Assembly (NCBI GenBank): GCA_000002445.1
Contig: CH464491.1
Location: 4,640,001-4,704,000, forward strand
DNA from: Trypanosoma brucei
Lineage: Eukaryota
Length of the DNA stretch: 64,000 bases
Direction: 5' to 3'
The first letter of the stretch is position 1. Every line of letters starts with the position of its first letter. A program made the translations under genes and the position numbers. Below the pieces are notes generated by a model. The model ran no database searches and had not been told where the DNA came from. It was given only the letters and a program-made list of their open reading frames with translations. Positions 37,584-50,336 of this stretch are shown here, piece by piece.

Positions 37584-39986
37584 ATGCATGCTACCTCAAC
37601 GTGGTTCCAGGGTCCAGTACCCCGTATCATCGGGGGAAGCCAAGAGCCAGCAGCGTTCCTTTCATGGGGAACACTGCTTTGCTCCGGATACGGCATCATA
37701 CAGCACAGGGATCAGCAGTGTCTTGCTGGGACACCGTTTTTCATTTGTCGGTCCCTGGGCACGCGCCAGCGTACCATCAGCAGTATCATCCGCACTAAGA
37801 TGCTGCTGTCCGGTGATGTGGAAGAGAATCCCGGCCCGTCGTTGCGCGGGATGCAGTGGAACTGCGCCGGGCTATCTCAAGGAGAGAGATTAGCACTCCA
37901 CAAAACCCTTGTTGATGAGCGGATCGCCTTTTGTCTGTTGAGCGAGACAAGGATGACGCCTGGAGAGGCGGCTTGCTTTAGCGTTGCTGGCTACCAACAT
38001 CACGAAATAGCTCGTAACTGCAAAGGAGGTGGTGTATCAATACTAGTGAGGGAGGACCTACCAGTCGAGACCGGTATGGCTGTTGTTGGTCGCATTGAAC
38101 AAGTGCATGCAACAATTCACCTTGCACGTGGAACGGCGCTGACTGTCACGTCGGCATACATCCCACCAAAACACACCTTCACGGCAACTGACCTAGATAC
38201 GCTTCTGACGACTGACGGGGCCCAGCTCATCGGTGTAGAGGCTAACGCACACGCGTTGGCATGGGATCGCGCGAGCCCACCAAATACCAAGGGTGAAACC
38301 CTCACACAGTGGTGCATTGACAACCAGTTTCTGGTCTGCAACACTGGTGAGTGCGCCATTTACACACGCCACCACGGGGAGTCCACCCCTGATGTGACAC
38401 TGTCAAGGAATTGTACAGTGTACACGTGGGCATCGCTGTATTCTTCCGATAGCGATCACCATCACATATTTTTCGAGGTTATCGTTGGAGACGACACAGA
38501 TGCACTGAGTTGCCCGCGGCTTCGAAAGCCCATGTACGCATGGCTAAAAGCTGACTGGAGGAATTTCCGTCTCAAGGTTGACGAGCTCTGCAGGAAAATT
38601 GGTAGAGAGAAGAACGTCAACACCCTGGAACAGAAATTGAGCTCCGCCATCTGCATTGCAACGAAGGTCTCCGTCCCCCGTGGCTGCAGAGTAACGCCAC
38701 CACATTGGACACCTGAGCTCGCGAAACTCGATGAAGAGATCGCTGGATGCGGACCCTCCCACCGAAGGGAAAAGTTGGTAGCCACGCGTAAGCAGATCCT
38801 GGACCGTACCACAAAGAAGAGATGGAGCACGCTATGCTCCAGACTTGCGGTGTCAGACCGCTGCAGTTGGCACATTGTCAAGAAGGTATATGCGCCACGA
38901 CCACTAACCACACCGGCTGTACTTGTTGATAACGCGGCCATCACGGACTACCGTCAAGCTAAGAGGTTCATTAAACTGTACTCGTCCCGCGCAAGAAGGC
39001 ACCCCGACTCACACCCACCGGCACCAATAAAGACGATAGCGAGTGAGTTCAGTCCCATCACGATGGCTGAACTACGGAGATCGATCAAACTGCTACCGAG
39101 TGGATCCGCAGCCGGACCTGATTGCTTATACAACGAGGCACTGCAACATCTCGGCAGAACAGCGCTGAATGTTGTTCTGAGGCTATTCAATGAGAGCCTA
39201 CGAACGGGAGTCGTGCCACCTGCATGGAAGACTGGTGTTATCATCCCCATCCTGAAGGCCGCAAAAAAGGGGGAGGACCTCGAATCTTATAGGCCTGTGA
39301 CGCTCACGAGCTGTCTCTGCAAAGTCATGGAACGCATAATTGCCGCGAGACTTAGAGACACTGTTGAGTCCCAGCTGACGCCGCAGCAATCAGGCTTTCG
39401 CCCCGGATGCTCAACGCTCGAACAACTCCTGCACGTCCGCGCTGCCCTCTGCCGTCCAACGCACCAATATCGTACGGGTGCTGTATTCGTTGACTACGAG
39501 AAGGCATTTGATACAGTAGACCACGACAAAATTGCGAGGGAAATGCACAGAATGAAGGTATCATCCCACATTGTGAAGTGGTGCGTATCATTTCTGAGTA
39601 ACCGAACTGGCAGAGTGAGATTCAAGGAGAAGCTTTCCAGAAGCAGAACATTTGAGCGAGGAGTGCCACAAGGAACTGTCCTTGGCCCAATCATGTTCAT
39701 TATTGTCATGAACTCGTTGAGCCAACGCCTTGCAGAAGTGCCGTTACTGCAGCACGGATTCTTTGCAGACGACCTGACGCTACTTGCGAGGCACACAGAG
39801 AGGAATGTCATCAACCACACAGTACAATGCGGTCTCAACGTGGTGTTACAGTGGTCAAAAAAGGACTTTATGTCTGTCAACGTAGCGAAAACAAAGTGCA
39901 CACTCTTCGGGTGTATAGAGCGCCACCCCCTTACATTACAACTGGACGGCGAAAGAATAGGAGCTGACAGGCACCGAAGCTTCTAG
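37584..39986 (+). CDS. ingi pol: APE endonuclease and N-terminal RT fused in one ORF (~800 aa). This is the longest open frame in the window.
   Basis: MHATSTWFQGPVP…LLSGDVEENPGP…through the RT to GERIGADRHRSF*. The downstream RNase H and zinc-finger parts are in other frames, so the element is still a pseudogene. Confidence 0.8.
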   Translation: MHATSTWFQGPVPRIIGGSQEPAAFLSWGTLLCSGYGIIQHRDQQCLAGTPFFICRSLGTRQRTISSIIRTKMLLSGDVEENPGPSLRGMQWNCAGLSQGERLALHKTLVDERIAFCLLSETRMTPGEAACFSVAGYQHHEIARNCKGGGVSILVREDLPVETGMAVVGRIEQVHATIHLARGTALTVTSAYIPPKHTFTATDLDTLLTTDGAQLIGVEANAHALAWDRASPPNTKGETLTQWCIDNQFLVCNTGECAIYTRHHGESTPDVTLSRNCTVYTWASLYSSDSDHHHIFFEVIVGDDTDALSCPRLRKPMYAWLKADWRNFRLKVDELCRKIGREKNVNTLEQKLSSAICIATKVSVPRGCRVTPPHWTPELAKLDEEIAGCGPSHRREKLVATRKQILDRTTKKRWSTLCSRLAVSDRCSWHIVKKVYAPRPLTTPAVLVDNAAITDYRQAKRFIKLYSSRARRHPDSHPPAPIKTIASEFSPITMAELRRSIKLLPSGSAAGPDCLYNEALQHLGRTALNVVLRLFNESLRTGVVPPAWKTGVIIPILKAAKKGEDLESYRPVTLTSCLCKVMERIIAARLRDTVESQLTPQQSGFRPGCSTLEQLLHVRAALCRPTHQYRTGAVFVDYEKAFDTVDHDKIAREMHRMKVSSHIVKWCVSFLSNRTGRVRFKEKLSRSRTFERGVPQGTVLGPIMFIIVMNSLSQRLAEVPLLQHGFFADDLTLLARHTERNVINHTVQCGLNVVLQWSKKDFMSVNVAKTKCTLFGCIERHPLTLQLDGERIGADRHRSF

Positions 39987-40012
39987 GAGTAACATTCCAG
40001 TGTCTGCAAGGA

Positions 40013-42379
40013 ATGGCAACACATGCGGCAGAGACAAGACGCAAGATGGACTTCAGACTACTGCAGATAGCAGCCATCTCAGCTTCTACATGGGGGCCAA
40101 GACGACAAGTACTGAGAGCTTTTTATCTAGCACTCGTACAGGCACATACCATGTATGGCATTGAGGTATGGTACTGGGACGCTTCGAAACGAAGTCGCGA
40201 TCTCCTTGCAGCAGCACAACACAAAGCCAGTCGAATCATAGCTGGCATACCGCATGGGACGCGCAAAGAGGACTCTCTGCTGGAAGCAAACCTCCTGCCA
40301 CTCAAGACGACCACTCTTGTGCGCAGCATGAAATTCATGCTGATGTGTGAGTCACGAGGCGGATGTTTGCGGCGCAGTGCTGAGGAAGTATACCACAGAA
40401 AACACCCAGACAGAGTCTTACATTCCCGCATCATGCGGTCTTATCCCCACCTCCGCATTGAGCCACGCGAGCACCCACTAGAGACATCGACGCTCCGCCA
40501 CAGCTGCCGATCACTATTTCACACGCAGATAAAGCCTGCGTGCGCTGATGACTCTGACGGTGTCAAAAGGGAGGCTTCCGAAAAGTGGATTGCACGGCAT
40601 TTTGCACGGAGGGGGAAGGAGCCACCGCGACGAGAGCACTACGAATTGTGGACTGATGGATCCGTGTCCCTCGGTGAGAAGTCCGGAGCAGCTGCCCTGC
40701 TCTATAGAAACAACACGCTGATTTGTGCACCCAAGACCGGAGCAGGGGAACTCTCATGTAGTTACAGAGCGGAATGCGTAGCATTAGAGATAGGACTGCA
40801 ACGGCTGCTGAAATGGCTTCCGGCATACAGAAGCACACCGAGCAGGTTGTCCATCTTCTCTGACTCGCTGTCAATGTTAACAGCACTGCAGACAGGCCTC
40901 CTAGCCGTAACGGACCCAATTCTAAGATGACTATGGAGGCTTCTGCTTCAAGTTCAGAGAAGGAAGATACGTATCCGACTGCAATTTGTGTTTGGCCATT
41001 GTGGCGTGAAACGGAATGAGGTTTGCGATGAAATGGCCAAAAAGGCCGCTGATTTACCACAGCTGCGAGATACATGGATCCCCGACATCATTGCTTATGC
41101 GAAGCGAGTGCTTAGGTCGGAAGAAGTCCATGAGAACACTCATAGGTTTGGTATCACGGGCAACCACTTTCCAACAAAACATAAAGAAGAACTGACGAGG
41201 GAAGAAGAAACGGGACTGGCACGGTTTCGGGTTGGGTCTTCAAGGCACTATGGATGGATGTTGCGAAAGATCAACCCGAGTGTGCCTCCACAGTGCCGAT
41301 GGTGCAACCCGCAACATGTAGCGATAGGGCCAACAATACAAACAGTCCCACCTGTTGCGACACGCACTCTTCAGAGAACCTCCGAACCGACCAAATGTAC
41401 GGAATGTGATGCCACATACCAATGCCGCTCGAGTGCTGTAACGCATATGGTAAACAAACACGTCTTTGTGCGAGCTGATGCCCTCCGGAGGATCAAATAC
41501 GGCGATGCAACACCTGCAGTGGACATCCCCCCGGAGCCCCCTCCAGTGGTGGTGATCGTTCCTCTACCATCGAGCACACGAGTCCCGATGAGACCGTAGG
41601 TGCTTTATTGTACCCTCTGTGCCTCCAAATTCGCAGTGCCAGGCCGACTATTACACCACCTTAGAACAATACATGGCATAGGTAGCGGTAGTTGCCGCGT
41701 GAAAAGGGGGCGAGAGAACGAGGACTCAGTGCAAGGAGATGGTAGATCCCCAGCAGCGCCAGCCTCTCAGGATACACGGAAGCTGCCATTTCAATGTGAC
41801 CTGTGCGAGGCGAGCTTCGGTACACGCTCTTCCCTGTCACTACACAAGAAATTCAAACATAAGAGCATGGTGACGGAGGACGGTACCGTGGTGGTGGTGC
41901 AATTCCCTCGTAAGCGTGCCCGTGAGGGAAACGTTGACGCCCCGGGGAAGGGCGAGGTGCAGTGTGGTGTGTGCCAAAAAGTGCTCAGTTGCAGGGACTC
42001 CCTCATCCGACACTGTAAGGCTTTCCACAAAGGTGAGGGAGTCGAGCTTAAATGCAGCAAAAGCACAAAATTGTGTGCCACTGATTCCCCGCATACAAAC
42101 ACATCCATGTTGGTGTACCCGACATGCGGAAGGCAGTGTGCTAACAAAACTGGCCTCACCCTACATCAAAAGAAGATGCACGGTATGAAGGTAGAGCGCG
42201 CTGTTACCAGCCAACGCGGCGACTGCGAAGAAACGTCGCTGCACTTGATGAGCTGTCCCGGTTTGAAGGAGTTACGTGTCAGTTTTGCGGTAGAAGGTGT
42301 GTGTGTGTGCAGGATGTATGTTTTTCCAAAAGGCTGGTGTAGTTTCTCATTGCGGTTGAACGGAGCCGGCCGCAGGTGA
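40013..42379 (+). pseudogene. ingi pol C-terminal RT, RNase H and C2H2 zinc-finger region, split into three ORFs (40013-40930, 40988-41599, 41600-42379).
   Basis: Co-linear with copy 1 segments 19400-21973. Stops at 40930 and 41599. Confidence 0.85.
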
Positions 42380-42837
42380 AGTCCTCACCTAAGGTAACAG
42401 TCATACAACCCACTCTCCCTTCTGCAACTTCCCCCCTTATTGCCGAGTGTGGAGCTAGCAGGAAAAGCACCGGACGCGGGAGTAGTCCAGACACCCTCAG
42501 AGACAGAGGAGGTATGCAGTCAGCAAGCAACAAAAACAGAAAGAGGGAGAGGGGGAGAGAATAATAAACAAATAACAAAAATCAAAACAAAAGGACTGCT
42601 AATTGACATCTTTTGGAGAGTCCGGGGTGGGGGGCTTCTCGCCCCATCTGCTGTATTCTGTTCAACTGCGGAGCTACAACAAAAATTATAGAGGGTGTGT
42701 TAGGATGAATAAAAAAAGGGAGACTCTGCCACAGTCGCCAGACCGATAGCATCTCAGGGCTCTACGGTGATGGCTGATGGCCGCGCCAGTGGGGGGAAAC
42801 TCTCACGAAGGCACGAAGAAAATTCCAAAAAAAAAAA

Positions 42838-43491
42838 TGAGCTGGGCACCGTCAGTTGTCAGAAGCGTATCTAGGTCAGTTGCCGTGAATGTGTATTTTG
42901 GTGGGATGTATCCCGACGTGACAGTCAGCGCCGTTTCACGTGCAAGGTGAAATGTTGCATGCACTTGTTCAATGCGACCAATAACGGCTATACCGGTCTC
43001 GACTGGTAGGTCCCCCCTCACTAGTATTGATACACCACCTCCTTTGCAGTTACGAGCTATTCCGTGATGTTGGTAGCCAGCAACGCTAAAGCAAGCCGCC
43101 CCTCCAGGCGTCATCCTTGTCTCACTCAACAAACAAAAGGCGATCCGCTCATCAACAAGGGTTTTGTGGAGTGCTAATCTCTTTCCTTGAGATAGCCCGG
43201 CGCAGTTCCACTGCATCCCGCGCGACGACGGGCCGGGATTCTCTTCCACATCACCGGACAGCAGCATCTTAGTGCGGATGATACTGCTGATGACACGCTG
43301 GCACGTGCCCAGGGACCGACAAATGAAAAACGGTGTCCCAGCAAGACGCTGCTGATCCCTGTGCTGTATGATGCCGTAGCCGGAGCAAAGCAGTGTTCCC
43401 CATGAAAGGAGCGCTGCTGGCTCTTGGCTTCCCCCGATGATACGGGGTACTGGACCCTGGCACCACGTTGAGGTGGCCGGCATCGCCAGGG
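42838..43491 (-). mobile_element. Inverted ingi 5' segment (ingi nt 1 to ~654), forming the 5' part of composite copy 3.
   Basis: The reverse complement begins CCCTGGCGATGCCGGCCACCTCAACGTGGTGCC… and encodes MPATSTWCQGPVPRIIGG…LLSGDVEENPGP…TDGAQL (ORF 42803-43483, minus). It abuts the poly(A) of copy 2 with no intervening unique sequence. Confidence 0.9.
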
Positions 43492-46400
43492 GGTGCCCAG
43501 CTCATCGGTGCAGACGCTAACGCACACGCTTTGGCATGGGATCGCGCGAGCCCACCAAATACCAAGGGTGAAACCCTCACACAGTGGTGCATTGACAACC
43601 AGTTTCTGGTCTGAAACACTGGTGAGTGCACCAGGTACGCGCGCCACCACGGGGAGTCCACCCCTGATGTGACAATATCAAGGAATTGCACAGTGTACAC
43701 GTGGACATCGCTGTATTCTCCCGATAGTGATCACCATCACATATTTTTTGACGTTATCGTTGGAGACGACACAGATGCACTGAGTTGCCCGCGGCTTCGA
43801 AAGCCCATGTACGCATGGCTAAAAGCTGACTGGAGGAATTTCCGTCTCAAGGTTGACGAGCTCTGCAGGAAAATTGGTAGGGAGAAGAACGTCAACACCC
43901 TGGAACAGAAATTGAGCTCCACCATCCGCATTGTGACGAAGGTTTTCGTCCCCCGTGGCTGCAGAGCAACCCCACCACATTGGACACCTGAGCTCGCGAA
44001 ACTCAATGAAGAGATCGCTGGATGCGGACCCTCCCATCGAAGGGAAAAGTTGGTAGCCACGCGTAAGCAGATACTGGACCGTACCACAAAGAAGAGATGG
44101 AGCACGCTATGCTCCAGACTTGCGGTGTCAGACCGCTGCAGTTGGCACATTGTCAAGAAAGTATATGCGCCACGACCACTAACCACACCGGCTGTACTTG
44201 TTGATAACGCGGCCATCACGGACTACCGTCAAGCTGAGAGGTTCATTAAACTGTACTCGTCTTGCGCAAGAAGACACCCCGACTCACACCCACCGGCACC
44301 CATAAAGACGATATAGCGAGTGAGTTCAGTCCCATCACGATGGCTGAACTATGGAGATCGATCAAACTGCTACCGAGTGGATCCGCAGCAAGAACTGATT
44401 GCTTACACAACGAGGCACTGCAACATCTCGGCAGAACAGCGCTGAATGTTGTTCTGAGGCTATTCAATGAGAGCCTACGAACGGGAGTCGTGTCGCCTCC
44501 ATGGAAGACTGGTGTTATCATCCCCATCCTGAAGGCCGGAAAAAAGGCGGAGGACCTCGAATCTTACAGGCCTGTGACGCTCACGAGCTCTCTTCAAAGT
44601 CATGGAGCGCATCATTGCCACGAGGCTTAGAGACATTGTTGAGTTCCAGCTGACGCCGCAGCAATCAGGCTTTCGCCCCGGATGCTCAACGCTCGAACAA
44701 CTCCTGCACGTCCGCGCTGCCCTCTGCCGTCCCACGCACAAATATCGTACGGGTGCTGTATTTGTCGACTACGAGAAGGCATTTGATACAGTAGAACACA
44801 ACAGAATTGCGAGGGAAATGCACAGAATGAAGGTATCACCCCACATTTTGAAGTGGTGCGTATGATTTCCGAGTAACCGAACTGGCAGAGTGAGATTCAA
44901 GGAGAAGCTTTCCAGAAGCAGAACATTTGAGCGAGGAGTGCCACAAGGAACTGTCCTTGGCCCAATCATGTTCATTATTGTCATGAACTCGTTGAGCCAA
45001 CGCCTTGCAGAAGTGCCGTTACTGCAGCACGGATTCTTTGCAGACGACCTGACGCTACTTGCGAGGCACACAGAGAGGAATGTCATCAACCACACAGTAC
45101 AATGCGGTCTCAACGTGGTGTTACAGTGGTCAAAAAAGGACTTTATGTCTGTCAACGTAGCGAAAACAAAGTGCACACTCTTCGGGTGTATAGAGCGCCA
45201 CCCCCTTACATTACAACTGGACGGCGAAAGAATAGGAGCTGACAGGACACCGAAGCTTCTAGGAGTAACATTCCAGTGTCTGCAAGGAATGGCAACACAT
45301 GCGGCAGAGACAAGACGCAAGATGGACTTCAGACTACTGCAGATAGCAGCCATCTCAGCTTCTACATGGGGGCCAAGACGACAAGTACTGAGAGCTTTTT
45401 ATCTAGCACTCGTACAGGCACACACCATGTATGGCATTGAGGTATGGTACTGGGACGCTTCGGAACGAAGTCGCGATCTCCTTTCAGCAGCACAACACAA
45501 AGCCAGTCGAATCATAGCTGGCATACCGCATGGGACGCGCAAAGAGGACTCTCTGCTGGAAGCAAACCTCCTGCCACTCAAGACGACCACTCTTGTGCGC
45601 AGCATGAAATTCATGCTGATGTGTGAGTCACGAGGCGGATGTTTGCGGCGCAGTGCTGAGGAAGTATACCACAGAAAACACCCAGACAGAGTCTTACATT
45701 CCCGCATCATGCGGTCTTATCCCCACCTCCGCATTGAGCCACGCGAGCACCCACTAGAGACATCGACGCTCCGCCACAGCTGCCGACCGCTATTTCACAC
45801 GCAGATAAAGCCTGTGTGCGCTGATGACTCTGACGGTGTCAAAAGGGAGGCTTCCGAAAAGTGGATTGCACGGCATTTTGCACGGAGGGGGAAGAGCGAC
45901 CGCGGCGAGAGCACTAAGAATTGTGAACTGATGGATCCGGTCCCTCGGGAGNNNNNNNNNNNNNNNNNNNNNNNNNNNNNNNNNNNNNNNNNNNNNNNNN
46001 NNNNNNNNNNNNNNNNNNNNNNNNNNNNNNNNNNNNNNNNNNNNNNNNNNNCCGCGCCGCCGGAGAGTCATGAGAACCTCATAGGTTTGGTATNCACGGG
46101 CAACCACTTTTCCAACAAAACATAAAGAAGAACTGACGAGGGAAGAAGAAACGGGACTGGAACGCTTTCGGGTTGGGTCTTCAAGACACTATGGATGGAT
46201 GTTGCGAAAGATCAACCCGAGTGTGCCTCCACAGTGCCGATGGTGTAACCCGCAACATGCAGCGATCGGGCCAACAATACAAACAGCCTCAACTGTTGCG
46301 ACACGTACTCTTCAGAGAACCTCCGAACCGACCAAATGTACGGAATGTGATGCCACATACCAATGCCGCTCGAGTGCTGTAACGCATATGGTAAACAAAC

Positions 46401-47768
46401 ATGGCTTTATGCGAGCTGATGCCCTCCGGAGGATCAAATACGGCGATGCAACACCTGCAGTGGACATCCCCCCGGAGCCCCCTCCAGTGGTGGCGATTGT
46501 TCCTCTACCATCGAGCACACGAGTCCCGATGAGACCGCAGGTGCTTCATTGTACCCTCTGTGCCTCCAAATTCGCAGTGCCAGGCCGACTATTACACCAC
46601 CTTCAAACAATACATGGCATAGGTAGCGGTAGTTGCCGCGTGGAAAGGGGGCGAGAAAACGAGGACTCATTGCAAGGAGATGGTAGAGCCCCAGCAGCGC
46701 CAGCCCCTCAGGATACACGGAAGCTGCCGTTTCAATGTGACCTGTGCGAGGCGAGCTTCGGTACACGCTCTTCCCTGTCACTACACAAGAAATTCAAACA
46801 TAAGAGCATAGTGACGGAGGACGGTACCGTGGTGGTGGTGCAAATCCCTCGTAAGCGTGCCCGTGAGGGAAACGTTGACGTCCCGGGGAAAGGCGAGGTG
46901 CAGTGTGGTGTGTGCCAAAAAGTGCTCAGTTGCAGGGACTCCCTCATCCGACACTGTAAGGCTTTCCACAAAGGTGAGGGAATCGAGCTTAAATGCAGCA
47001 AAAGCACAAAATTGTGTGCCACTGATTCCCCGCATACAAACGCATCCATGTTGGTGTGCCCGACATGCGGAAGTCAGTGTGCTAGCAAAACTGGCCTCAC
47101 CCTATATCAAAAGAAGATGCACGGTATGAAGGTAGAGCACGCTGTTACCAGCCAACGCGGCGACTGCGAAGAAACGTCACTGCACTTGATGAGCTGTCCC
47201 GGTTTGAAGGAGTTACGTGTCAGGTTTGCGGTAGAAAGTGTGTGTGTGCAGGATGTATGTTTCTTTAAAAGGCTGGCGCAGTTTCTCATTGCGGTTGAAC
47301 GGAGCAGGCCGCAGGTGAAGTCTTCCCCTAATGTAACAGTCATACAACCCACTCTCCCTTCTGCAACTTCCCCCCTTATTGCCGACTGTGGAGCTAGCAG
47401 GAAAAGCACCGGACGCAGGAATAGTCCAGACACCCTCAGAGACAGAGGGGGTATGCAGTCAACAAGCAACAGAAACAGAAAGAGGGGAAGAGAATAATAA
47501 ACGAATAACAAAAATCAAAACAAAAGGATTGCTAATTGACATCTTTTTGAGAGTCCGGGGTGGGGGGCTTCTCGCCCCATCTGCTGTATTCCGTTCAACT
47601 GCGGAAATACAACAAAAATTATAGAGAGTGTGTTAGGCTGAATAAAAAAGGGAGAATCTGCCACAGTCGCCAGACCGATAGCATCTCAGGGCTCTACAGT
47701 GATGGCTGATGGCCGCGCCAGTGGGGGGAAACTCCCACGAAGGCACGAAGAAAATTCCAAAAAAAAAA
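43492..47768 (+). mobile_element. ingi copy 3, forward portion from ingi nt ~642 to the poly(A). It includes a 100-N gap at 45952-46051.
   Basis: Starts GGTGCCCAGCTCATCGGTGCAGACGCTAACGCACACGC (ingi APE ...GAQLIGADANAHA). Pol ORFs 43669-44316, 44262-44865, 44890-46125 and 46199-47497 (zinc fingers). The 3' RIME-half ends in poly(A) at 47768. Confidence 0.93.
45952..46051. other. Assembly gap (100 N) inside ingi copy 3. About 440 bp of ingi sequence is expected here.
   Basis: The flanks correspond to ~20095 and ~20540 of copy 1. Confidence 0.9.
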
Positions 47769-47869
47769 GTCCGCTGCCAGCCTGTACTTTTTCTGTATCT
47801 TCAGTAGGTCCTGCCTTTGTGTACGCCGCCTGCTGATTCCTGCTGTGAGTTCCTTCTGTAGCTCAGTCA

Positions 47870-48031
47870 AATAAACTCCTCCTTGCGGACGTCCGTTATC
47901 TGGTCCGGGCCAGTGTCAGCATCGGTTATGGCTGCCCCTGCCGCCGGGTCTGTCGCGGACAGCAGTGCTAGCGCCGTTGCAGCCGCGGCCAACAGCTGCT
48001 CCGAGCTTCTTGAGCTTTTTACTTCGTTCAT
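47870..48031 (-). pseudogene. VSG: Putative VSG 5' fragment (signal-peptide region), cut off by the 3' end of ingi copy 3.
   Basis: Minus-strand ORF MNEVKSSRSSEQLLAAAATALALLSATDPAAGAAITDADTGPDQITDVRKEEFI*. It is GC-rich relative to its surroundings. It starts 1.75 kb from the reversed 70-bp repeats at 49780-50100, which is the spacing seen for every other cassette here. No diagnostic VSG motif is present. Confidence 0.4.
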
Positions 48032-49779
48032 CACTTAACCTTCACCTGGATGGTAAATGAATTAATAAATGAACTATGGATTTAGTGCAAGTGTCGATGT
48101 TTTCTCCGCATTTTCCGTAAAAAAAAAACAGATTTCCACTGTGAACCAAAATGTAGGGCAGACATCCAACGCTTTTTCGGAGGCACCTGATATGTTCGTG
48201 GAGCCACTTCTTCAGGTCTTGTTTGCTGGCTGAGTGTGTCGCTTCCTGGATACTGTATCTTGAATATCTGACTCAATCTATTGTCGGGAAAACTGACCTC
48301 TACCTGCCTTGTGCACCTTTTACTTTTGATTGTCGTCTTTGATTTCAGGTTCGTGTATTGTCGTAGAAATTTGTATGTTTTTTGTCTAACTTTACTAGCT
48401 ACTGCAATTGCCTTTCTTCTAAAGAAGAAATTTTCGATAGAAAATTTTGTTAATCTTTGATCCCCAGTTGTTTCAAATTTTCTCTCATTCTGTTTAACCT
48501 TCCTTTTTTTGGTCACCTATTTCCTTTACTCAAGAATTCAGTCTCTACGATTTGAGAGCTACGTTGAGGGTGTCTCCATGGGTGAGAATTCTGTTAAAAA
48601 CACGCAGTTTAATAGCAATTTTTCTGCTTTCTATTGCAATGTGTTTCACTCCGCATCTATATCTATTGCTTCTATTGCTGAATAAGTCTAATTCTTTTCT
48701 GCTATAAAACCTGATTCTTTTATATAAACTTGGTTATTAAAATCTTATGGTTTCTACTGTGGTCTATTTTCCTGTAAATTTGGCTTGTTACTTTTAAATT
48801 CATTTACAATGTAACGTCTGCGCATAGTCCCCGACCGTGCGTCCAGGCTAGGATTCCTTCGAACAACGACTGTTTCGAGGCTGATTGTGCAAGTGGCATT
48901 ATAGTCAATTTTACAACTACCTTGGCTTCTTCGAAACCTTTATTCTAGTTATTAAATGGGTTCAGTTTGAACTTAATATTTAGCGAACAAACATTTTATG
49001 CAGGTTAATCTTTGGACCTGTGCCAGCATGGAAATAGTGTAGATTTTATACCAACTATATCTACTTCACAACCCTTTCCAGAAGATTCATACATGTGCTA
49101 ATTTAATCATTTTCCGCGTCTTTATTCTACTTTTTTGTTTTTCAATGGTAATCAATTAGAATTACTGGTTTCAACATTCTTCTTTCCGATAGAATTATAT
49201 TGTTTTCCACAAATTTTAGTGTGTACTAGTATATCTGATGAAAACATTTCTTTAAATTTACCTGACACTTACCTATTCTCTTTCTCCTTCTCCATTTATT
49301 GATTTTTTTCACAACCGTACATTAGGATCTGACATCAGCTTAAATTTCCATTCAACACCATTTTTGCAGCAACATCTATCCACTTCTGTGTGAAATGTGG
49401 GACATCACAGGTTTATTCTCATGTATTATCTTCTTAGTTCTGGACTCTCATGTCTACTGTCTTTTTATTTAGTTTTTTCTTTCCTTGTCTTCCGTTTTCT
49501 TTCACACACCTTGGGATAACATCACTGCCCCATATGGCATGTACACATTCCACTCTGTCACTCCTTAATCTCATTGTGTATGATGATGCTCATCATCATT
49601 TTTGTGCATGCAACTGTACATATTCTATCTCCTTCATCATATCCCTCTTTGTATTTCGGCGTTTCAACTAATAATATTACACTTTCTTCCTCACTGTATT
49701 ACCACCTTACTGCCATTACACCCTTGTACATTGTTTCAAGTGCATCTTATAGAGGGTCATTTAGCCTACACCACCACTA

Positions 49780-50100
49780 TTATTATAATATTTGTATATA
49801 CTCACTCACAACACTCTCCTATTATTACTATCATCATTATCATTATCATTATTATTATCATTACTGCTGTTATTATAATATTCGTATATGCACTCTCACA
49901 ACACTCTCCTATTATTATTATGATTACTATCATTACTGTTCTTATTATAACATTCGTATATACACTCTCACAACACTTTCCTATTATTATTATCATTATT
50001 ATCATTATTATTATTATTACTGCTCGTATTATAATATTCGTATATACACACTCACCACACTATACTATTATTATTATTACTATTATAATCCTAAATAATA
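49780..50100 (-). repeat. Array of four 70-bp repeat units, reverse orientation.
   Basis: Four tandem copies of …TATAATATTCGTATATACACTCTCACAACACTCTCCTATTATTATTAT…, separated by ATT/ATC runs. Confidence 0.9.
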
Positions 50101-50336
50101 TCCATAAAATAGACAGAATTTTATATTATCACTCATTTACTATACTCCAATATCATGTTATTTTACACTCATATGCCACTTTCATAGAAATATTTATTAT
50201 TCTAAAATTTTTGACATTTTTATCGATAGTGTTAATATATCGAAAAATTTAGCAAACTTTTTCAAATTCTCACAAACGGATAATTTCACTAATTTCATAA
50301 AATGATTCAAAAAGCTTTTACCAAAAATTCTTTAAA

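Larger units (their letters stand above)
37576..42837 (+). mobile_element. ingi retrotransposon, copy 2, full length (~5.26 kb).
   Basis: 5' terminus CCCTGGCGATGCATGCTACCTCAACGTGG at 37576. Pol ORFs 37560-39986, 40013-40930, 40988-41599 and 41600-42379. The 3' RIME-half ends in poly(A) at 42837. Confidence 0.97.

Noticed and set aside
48082-48516. 144-aa minus-strand ORF (MTKKRKVKQNERKFETTGDQ…) in the AT-rich spacer.
   Set aside because: It is a lysine/arginine-rich, low-complexity translation of an AT-rich VSG upstream region. It has no domain-like features and no counterpart in other cassettes.
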